Assembly: GCF_900105015.1 (NCBI RefSeq)
Contig: NZ_FNLK01000005.1
Location: forward strand, 390,001 to 422,000
Direction: 5' to 3'
Length of the DNA: 32,000 nt
Origin: Schaalia meyeri
GTDB taxonomy: Bacteria; Actinomycetota; Actinomycetes; Actinomycetales; Actinomycetaceae
Part shown: positions 27,372 through 32,000 of the stretch, piece by piece
Numbering within the stretch: position 1 is the stretch's first letter
Layout of the letters: each line of letters starts with the position of its first letter
Position numbers and translations under genes: made by a program
Notes under the pieces: generated by a model
Seen by the model: the letters and a program-made list of their open reading frames with translations, nothing else
Database searches by the model: none
Told to the model about the DNA's origin: nothing

Positions 27372-28174
27372 ACGACCTGAGACGCCGAGGTCGCCGCGTA
27401 GTCAAAACGCATCCCGTTTTCGGGACCGCGATCCGAGGCGTCGTCCTCGCCTGCCTCGCACACCTCTGGGACCTCGTGGCTGTTCGCGCCGCTCTCCCCC
27501 TGCGTCGGCTCGTGCGGGCCGCACTCGTCGGGTTCTTTCCGAGGATCCCACGCCAGGCCGTGTTCCGGGTTCCACGCGGACGCCTCGGCGTGCTCGGCGG
27601 TGCCCTCGACGCCGTGGGTCGCCAGATTCGCCTCCCGGAGCGGGCGTGGTTTTTCTTCCTCCCCACAGTCCTCTCCCGCGGGGAAAGGGGCACCCGCCTG
27701 CGTCCCGGATGTATCGTCCCGGTCCTGCGTTCCCCTCCCCGGCCTGGTCGAGAAGGGGTCGCCCTGCGAGCCCGCAGCCGGTTGTTCGGCGAGGCCGTGT
27801 ACCTGATTCTTGCTGAATTGCGCGGTCCCCCTGGCCAGGTCGTGGCCAACCGCGCTGGCGCGAAACACGATAGAGGATCGGATCTGTCCGCCCGCGTCAA
27901 TCCACCCATTGGGCACGGGTCGGGCAACCACCACGACGGGGTCGCCCTTGCGGCAGCTGCGGAACACGTTTTCGGCGAGCGTGTCCCACGTTTCGATCGT
28001 GTACCAGTAGGCTCCGTCCTCCACGTAGGAGGCAGAGCCCGGCTGGGCCTCGCTCCTGAAACGCCAGCGGGTGATCGCCAGCCGGAACGTGGTCACGCAC
28101 GTGTTTCCTTTGACGTGCTTCATGAGCGGATCCGATCCGATACGCCCCTTGAGGGTCGTCGATATGTCCTGCAT
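27368..28174 (-). CDS. Atypical single-stranded DNA-binding (SSB) family paralogue with a long acidic C-terminal tail
   Basis: ATG 28174 has AAGGA 6 nt upstream. The N-terminal ~115 aa OB fold aligns to SSB: TLKGRIGSDPLMKH, YWYTIETWDTLAENVFRSCRKGDPVVVVARP, GGQIRSSIVFRASAVGHDL. A disordered Gly/Glu/Asp/Pro-rich tail of about 150 aa follows, ending ...GMRFDYAATSASQVV. The track ORF (463 aa, to 28759) is over-extended into orn. Confidence 0.7.
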   Translation of the reverse strand: MQDISTTLKGRIGSDPLMKHVKGNTCVTTFRLAITRWRFRSEAQPGSASYVEDGAYWYTIETWDTLAENVFRSCRKGDPVVVVARPVPNGWIDAGGQIRSSIVFRASAVGHDLARGTAQFSKNQVHGLAEQPAAGSQGDPFSTRPGRGTQDRDDTSGTQAGAPFPAGEDCGEEEKPRPLREANLATHGVEGTAEHAEASAWNPEHGLAWDPRKEPDECGPHEPTQGESGANSHEVPEVCEAGEDDASDRGPENGMRFDYAATSASQVV

Positions 28175-28337
28175 CGTTGCGTCCTTTGCTCGGGTGTGGC
28201 CGGCACGGGCCGGATGCAACCAGCAAACACCGCGCGCCCCGGCGGCTTCAAACGATCGCTTATCCCCCTGTGGATACGCACGACACGACGCATGCCCCTG
28301 TGCATAGGCGGGACGGCGCCTCGTGGAAGAGAAAAGC

Positions 28338-28985
28338 CTAGGCCTGGGTGTCCTCGCCAAGCGATGCGATGCCCAGCGCGACGACCTCACGGGCGACCGC
28401 ACGTGCTTTCTCGGTGGTGACGGGCTGCGCCGGGAAGAGCACGCGACGGTAGTATTCCAGCTCCTGGATGGACTCGAGGATATCCGCCAGCGCGCGGTGT
28501 CCCCCATTCTTGACGGGCGACTCGGCGAAAGCCGCACGGTACCACCGTTTAGCCAGCTCTTTAACGGAAGACACGTCGACCAAGCGATAGTGCAGGTGTT
28601 CAACCACGGAGGGCATGTTCGCCTCGAGGAACATCTTGTCGGTGCCCACGGAATTGCCCGCCAAGAGTGCTTTCCCCTGCTGCGGCACGAAACGCTTGAT
28701 GTAGGACAGGACCCGATCGGTCGCTTCCTCCATGGACACCCCGGAGGTGGCCAGCTCATCGAGCAGCCCGGAGGCGGTGTGCATGTTGCGCACGAAGTCG
28801 CTCATGCCATCCAGTGCGGACGCGGGCGGCGTGATGAGCACGTCAATTCCGGGGTCCACAATCATCAGATCGCCGTCGGTGACCACGACGGACACTTCGA
28901 TGAGGGCGTCGCGAGCGACGTCCAGGCCGGTCATTTCACAGTCAATCCAGACCAGGGGGTCTTTCAGAGTTTTCACGCCCTCCAT
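28338..28985 (-). CDS. orn: Oligoribonuclease (DEDDh 3'-5' exoribonuclease)
   Basis: LVWIDCEMTGLDVARDALIEVSVVVTD (ExoI), LLAGNSVGTDKMFL (ExoII) and GGHRALADILESIQELEYY (ExoIII with His). ATG 28985 has AGGAG 10 nt upstream and gives 215 aa. The longer start at 29066 would abut the ilvA start. Confidence 0.9.
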   Translation of the reverse strand: MEGVKTLKDPLVWIDCEMTGLDVARDALIEVSVVVTDGDLMIVDPGIDVLITPPASALDGMSDFVRNMHTASGLLDELATSGVSMEEATDRVLSYIKRFVPQQGKALLAGNSVGTDKMFLEANMPSVVEHLHYRLVDVSSVKELAKRWYRAAFAESPVKNGGHRALADILESIQELEYYRRVLFPAQPVTTEKARAVAREVVALGIASLGEDTQA

Positions 28986-29131
28986 TTTAGTGCGCTCCTG
29001 GATAGGGTCGCATGGGGCGCAGATGGTGGTCACACTACACTGGGAGGCGTCGGAAGGAGTTTTCATGCCCGCGAGCCCTCACGTGACGTCGCCAAGGGAT
29101 ATTCGTCAGGCGGCCGCGGCCCTGGAAGGGG

Positions 29132-30352
29132 GTGGCCGTTCATACGAACCTCGAGCGCTCGGAGCGCTTGTCTGCCGAGGCGGGCGTGGATGTCTTGCTC
29201 AAGCGTGAGGACCAGCAAAAGTGCCGCTCGTTCAAGGTACGAGGCGCCTATTCGCGCATGTTCCTGCTGTCCCCGTCTGAGCGTGAGCGCGGCGTCGTGT
29301 GCGCGTCCGCGGGCAACCACGCCCAGGGCGTGGCGTACGCGTGCGCTCACCTGGGCGTACGCGGCACCATTTATCTGCCGTCGAACACGCCCCGCCAGAA
29401 GCGCCGCCGGATCGCGACTATCGGTGGAGGTTGGGTCGAGCAGGTCATCGTGGATGGAACGTTTGATCGCGCGAATGCGCTCGCTCAGGAGGCGGCGCGC
29501 ACGGCAAACCACACGTACGTTCACCCCTACGACGATCCTTTCACGATCGCCGGGCAGGGCACGATTGGCGTCGAGCTGGAGTCCCAGATGCCCCGCGACA
29601 CGGCCGCGATTCTGGTCCCCGCGGGTGGCGGCGGCCTCGTGGCGGGCATAGCGACGTGGCTGCGTGCCAACCGGCCGGAGGTGACGATCATCGGCGTCGA
29701 GCCCGCGGGCGCCGCCTCGATGCGCGCGGCCTTCGAGGGCGGCGAGCCGGTCACGCTGGCCAGGGTCGATCCCTTCGTGGATGGCACGGCGGTGGGGCGC
29801 GCGGGGGCGCTGCCATTTCGTGTCGCCTCACGGTTTGTCGATTCCATCCTGGTTGTCCCCGAGGGCGCCGTGTGCACGGAGATGCTGGAGCTGTACCAGT
29901 CCGATGGGGTCATCGCGGAGCCAGCCGGGGCGCTCGCCTCGACCGCGGCGCACGTCTTTTTGACGGATCCCGCGGATCGTCATTCTCTCCTGGGACGCCC
30001 GGACGACGCGATCGTGTGCGTCGTGTCGGGCGGCAACAACGACCTAACGCGCTACGCGGAGGTCATGGAACGCTCGCTGCGTCACGAGGGGCTGCGCCAC
30101 TACTTCCTGGTGACCTTCCCGCAGCAGCCGGGCATGCTACGCATGTTCCTGGAGGACGTGTTGGGGCCTGCGGACGACATCGTGCACTTCGAATACACGA
30201 AGAAGAACAACCGCGAGCTCGGTCCCGCGCTGGTGGGAATCGACCTGTCCAACCGGGACGACATCAACGGGTTGCGTCACCGCATGGAGTCCTCGCCTCT
30301 ACACGTTGAGGAGCTGCCACTCGATTCGGAGATCACCCGGCTCGTGATATGA
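29132..30352 (+). CDS. ilvA: Threonine ammonia-lyase (biosynthetic threonine dehydratase), 5' end apparently frameshifted
   Basis: KREDQQKCRSFKVRGAY (PLP Lys), SAGNHAQGVAYA and PAGGGGL, plus one C-terminal ACT-like regulatory domain. The conserved N-terminal segment (MPASPHVTSPRDIRQAAAALEG, ATG 29065 with GGAAGGAG upstream) is in a different frame; see the finding. Confidence 0.85.
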   Translation: MAVHTNLERSERLSAEAGVDVLLKREDQQKCRSFKVRGAYSRMFLLSPSERERGVVCASAGNHAQGVAYACAHLGVRGTIYLPSNTPRQKRRRIATIGGGWVEQVIVDGTFDRANALAQEAARTANHTYVHPYDDPFTIAGQGTIGVELESQMPRDTAAILVPAGGGGLVAGIATWLRANRPEVTIIGVEPAGAASMRAAFEGGEPVTLARVDPFVDGTAVGRAGALPFRVASRFVDSILVVPEGAVCTEMLELYQSDGVIAEPAGALASTAAHVFLTDPADRHSLLGRPDDAIVCVVSGGNNDLTRYAEVMERSLRHEGLRHYFLVTFPQQPGMLRMFLEDVLGPADDIVHFEYTKKNNRELGPALVGIDLSNRDDINGLRHRMESSPLHVEELPLDSEITRLVI

Positions 30353-30429
30353 CCGACGAGAGTCTTCCCAGGGGCCAGGCGCAGCACCAGTCCGACGCGA
30401 GCGGGTAGTGGTCTGGGTGCGCGTTGGCT

Positions 30430-30463
30430 GCGCCACGCGGTGATTGAGGGCGCCGCGTGGCGC
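30430..30463. terminator. Hairpin between the convergent ilvA and winged-helix genes; candidate bidirectional terminator
   Basis: GCGCCACGCGG (30430-30440) pairs with CCGCGTGGCGC (30453-30463) around a 12-nt loop. It lies 1 nt from the winged-helix gene stop and 78 nt from the ilvA stop. Confidence 0.4.
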
Positions 30464-30464
30464 G

Positions 30465-30896
30465 TCAGGCGGCGAGGGTAACGGGTCGGGTGAGGCGCAC
30501 GCGGACCGCGGGCGTGGAGTTGAAACGGTAGCCTTCGCCGCGGACGGTGGAGATGACGTCGGGCAGGACTGAGAGCTTCTTGCGGAGGCGGCGGATGTGG
30601 GCGTCAACGGTGCGCGAGTTGGCCCCGAGTTCGCTTCCGGCCCAGACGGAGGCAAAGAGCTCCTCGCGGGTGACGGATCGGTCGGCGTTGGCTGCCAGGT
30701 GTGCCAGCAGGTCGTGTTCCTTAGCGGACAGGCCCGCGTCCTTTCCATCCAGGGTGACCTGGCCGAGGTCGAGGTCGATGTTGATGCGGGAGGAGCTCAG
30801 CCTTAAGTCGGCGAGGACATCGAGGAATTCCTTGTAGGTCGTGGGGGCGTCGTCGCTGGCACGGGCCAAGACAGTGGGGGTGTTGACGAGGGTCAT
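30465..30896 (-). CDS. Stand-alone OmpR/PhoB-type winged-helix DNA-binding protein (no receiver domain)
   Basis: 143 aa. The C-terminal ~100 aa match the trans_reg_C pattern: LSAKEHDLLAHLAANADRSVTREELFASVW, NSRTVDAHIRRLRKKL, VRGEGYRF. Only about 40 residues precede it, and the RBS is weak. Confidence 0.75.
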   Translation of the reverse strand: MTLVNTPTVLARASDDAPTTYKEFLDVLADLRLSSSRINIDLDLGQVTLDGKDAGLSAKEHDLLAHLAANADRSVTREELFASVWAGSELGANSRTVDAHIRRLRKKLSVLPDVISTVRGEGYRFNSTPAVRVRLTRPVTLAA

Positions 30897-30957
30897 GGGT
30901 GTATCCGATTCTTCGGGGCCGCATTCCCAGGATCAGCGTGGGCATATCACTGCGGCG

Positions 30958-30990
30958 GTGATTGACAGGGGTAAACGGGGTGCCAATCAC
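30958..30990. promoter_or_regulatory. Inverted repeat GTGATTG-N19-CAATCAC enclosing two GGGGT direct repeats; candidate operator upstream of the winged-helix gene
   Basis: gtgattgacaggggtaaacggggtgccaatcac, read directly. It lies 62-94 bp upstream of ATG 30896. The inner cAGGGGT and aCGGGGT copies have a 9-bp period. Confidence 0.3.
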
Positions 30991-31182
30991 ATACACATTC
31001 GCGACATCATGCCGCCCGCGGGGCAGCACATGGGGTTCGCGAAGGTCGTCATGACACTAGTTTGTTCGTCGGAATCGCGGGCGGCAACACCATGTTCACA
31101 CTCTGAGATTGTGTAACGGCGACCGTCTCGCGGATGCCGCTAAGATCGCCCACGAGGCGCAGGCGCGCCGCCTCGTTACCCG

Positions 31183-31258
31183 TGGCGCCCCCGACAGGAC
31201 TCGAACCTGCAACCTCGGGATTAGAAGGCCCTTGCTCTATCCATTGAGCTACGGAGGC
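31183..31258 (-). tRNA. tRNA-Arg (anticodon UCU), CCA encoded
   Basis: Minus-strand cloverleaf, 76 nt: GCCTCCG TA GCTC AATGGATA GAGC A AGGGC CTTCTAA TCCCG AGGTT GCAGG TTCGAGT CCTGT CGGGGGC G CCA. The acceptor stem has 7 bp (one G-U). The T-loop is canonical. The anticodon stem has only 3 central G-C pairs. Confidence 0.85.
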
Positions 31259-31281
31259 GTAGCGCTTGCGCGCCGTGTGTA

Positions 31282-31311
31282 AGACTAGCGGAGGTTCCCC
31301 GCGCTTTCCAA
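31282..31311 (-). promoter_or_regulatory. Candidate promoter for tRNA-Arg
   Basis: Minus strand reads TTGGAA (31311-31306), an 18-nt spacer, then TAGTCT (31287-31282). The -10 element ends 23 nt upstream of the tRNA 5' end. Confidence 0.25.
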
Positions 31312-31421
31312 CGGCGCCTCCGATGGGGGACGCGGAGCGCGGGAGGAACCGAATGGATGGGGCGCAGGCCTCCGCGATGGCTGGAAACCGGGTGTAAGGC
31401 CGCGGCGGCGGGCATGACAAA

Positions 31422-31445
31422 GGCCCGGGACGCTCGTCCCGGGCC
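31422..31445 (-). terminator. Intrinsic terminator downstream of rpmF
   Basis: Perfect 10-bp stem GGCCCGGGAC / GTCCCGGGCC with a 4-nt loop. On the minus strand it is followed by TTTGT. It lies 18 nt after the rpmF stop. Confidence 0.6.
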
Positions 31446-31462
31446 CGTGCGTGGAAGTGAGG

Positions 31463-31633
31463 TCAGTCCTCGACGTCCAGGAGGCCGTTCTTGTAGGCCT
31501 TGGCCAGGCGGCGGGGCACGCGGATCTCACGGCCGGCGACCTTGACGGTGTTCAGCTCGGTAAGATCAGCCTTCCAGGTAGACCGGCGTGTGCGGGTGTT
31601 CGCACGGGACATCTTGCGCTTAGGAACTGCCAT
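31463..31633 (-). CDS. rpmF: 50S ribosomal protein L32 (Cys-free form)
   Basis: Hand translation: [56 protein letters not shown] (56 aa). GAGGAG lies 8 nt upstream of ATG 31633. It is absent from the track because it is under 60 aa. There are no Cys residues, so it is the zinc-independent type. Confidence 0.9.
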   Translation of the reverse strand: MAVPKRKMSRANTRTRRSTWKADLTELNTVKVAGREIRVPRRLAKAYKNGLLDVED

Positions 31634-31804
31634 GTCTTACCGCTCCTCTTCTTTCTCGACGACTATTCTGGTGCGCCACGCGGGCGCACGGCGACAACCC
31701 GACCAGGCTACCACGGACCGCGGCTTTGGGCACATCGCGCGCCCGCACGGTCCTGCGATTCTGGTTACAGACCCACTGGAGGCGGCCTCACCTAGACTGA
31801 TCGC

Positions 31805-32000
31805 ATGTCCGTTCTTCGCACGCTGGCCACAGGCACTCTCCTGACCCACCAGATCGAGATCAAGCGTTCGCGTTTCATAACGACGCTGGCCAGGACGGAT
31901 ACACCCACTGAGGCGCGCGACGTGATCGATATGGTGAAAGCCGAACACCCGCAGGCTCGTCACAACTGCTCCGCCTACCTCATTGCCCCCCAAGATGCCG
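31805..32000 (+). CDS. IMPACT/YigZ (UPF0029) family protein, 5' partial (runs off the window)
   Basis: ATG 31805: MSVLRTLATGTLLTHQIEIKRSRFITTLARTDTPTEARDVIDMVKAEHPQARHNCSAYLI... EIKRSRFI and ARHNCSAY are the family hallmarks. Confidence 0.75.
   Translation, partial: MSVLRTLATGTLLTHQIEIKRSRFITTLARTDTPTEARDVIDMVKAEHPQARHNCSAYLIAPQDA

Noticed and set aside
27329-28420. 363-aa plus-strand ORF (and 27250-27816) opposite the SSB-like gene
   Set aside because: It is an Arg-rich antisense frame with no motifs. The minus-strand frame carries the OB-fold similarity and high GC3.
27368-28759. 463-aa ORF taken at face value as one gene
   Set aside because: Its N-terminal 195 residues are Ser/Arg/Pro-rich and overlap orn (28338-28985) in another frame. 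The SSB-like homology and a good RBS begin at ATG 28174, so only 27368-28174 is called.
31183-31258. Alternative reading of the tRNA anticodon loop as TTCTAAT (anticodon CUA, amber suppressor)
   Set aside because: That register destroys the anticodon stem (G/A and G/G clashes) and loses U33/A37. The CTTCTAA register, with anticodon UCU, fits the canonical loop rules.

Overview
This is a visibly GC-rich actinobacterial chromosomal segment (about two-thirds G+C by eye, not computed). The 3085-aa type I fatty acid synthase in a non-mycolate context suggests an Actinomyces/Bifidobacterium-like lineage; that is inference only. The window is dominated by housekeeping genes.

Gene order, left to right:
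- Minus strand: HAD-IIB hydrolase, an unlisted MetS-like small membrane ORF, and its NSS sodium symporter.
- Minus strand: UDP-galactopyranose mutase (glf) and a GT2 glycosyltransferase.
- Plus strand: a tightly coupled operon of Cof-type HAD phosphatase, MFS_3-like transporter, free-standing PTS EIIB and EIIA-Glc.
- Minus strand: a second, divergent EIIB-like gene directly upstream of 4-alpha-glucanotransferase malQ.
- Minus strand: ABC-F translation factor ettA.
- Plus strand: a collinear 14-kb lipid block, birA-accBC-accD-fas-acpS.
- Minus strand: an atypical SSB paralogue with a long acidic tail, then oligoribonuclease orn.
- Plus strand: threonine dehydratase ilvA, whose 5' end is split by a G5 homopolymer frameshift.
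- Minus strand: a receiver-less OmpR-type winged-helix protein, tRNA-Arg(UCU), and rpmF (L32, unlisted because it is under 60 aa).
- Plus strand: the start of an IMPACT/YigZ-family gene.

I saw no CRISPR array, transposase, integrase, phage gene, toxin-antitoxin pair, recognisable defence gene or long repeat. I do not find a compelling, wholly novel multi-gene system. The best follow-up candidates are:
- the HAD-MFS-EIIB-EIIA operon, which has no EIIC;
- the divergent SSB paralogue;
- the ilvA frameshift;
- the MetS-like small ORF.

Many long ORFs in the supplied track are antisense or alternate-frame artefacts of high GC content. Several longest-ORF starts are over-extended.
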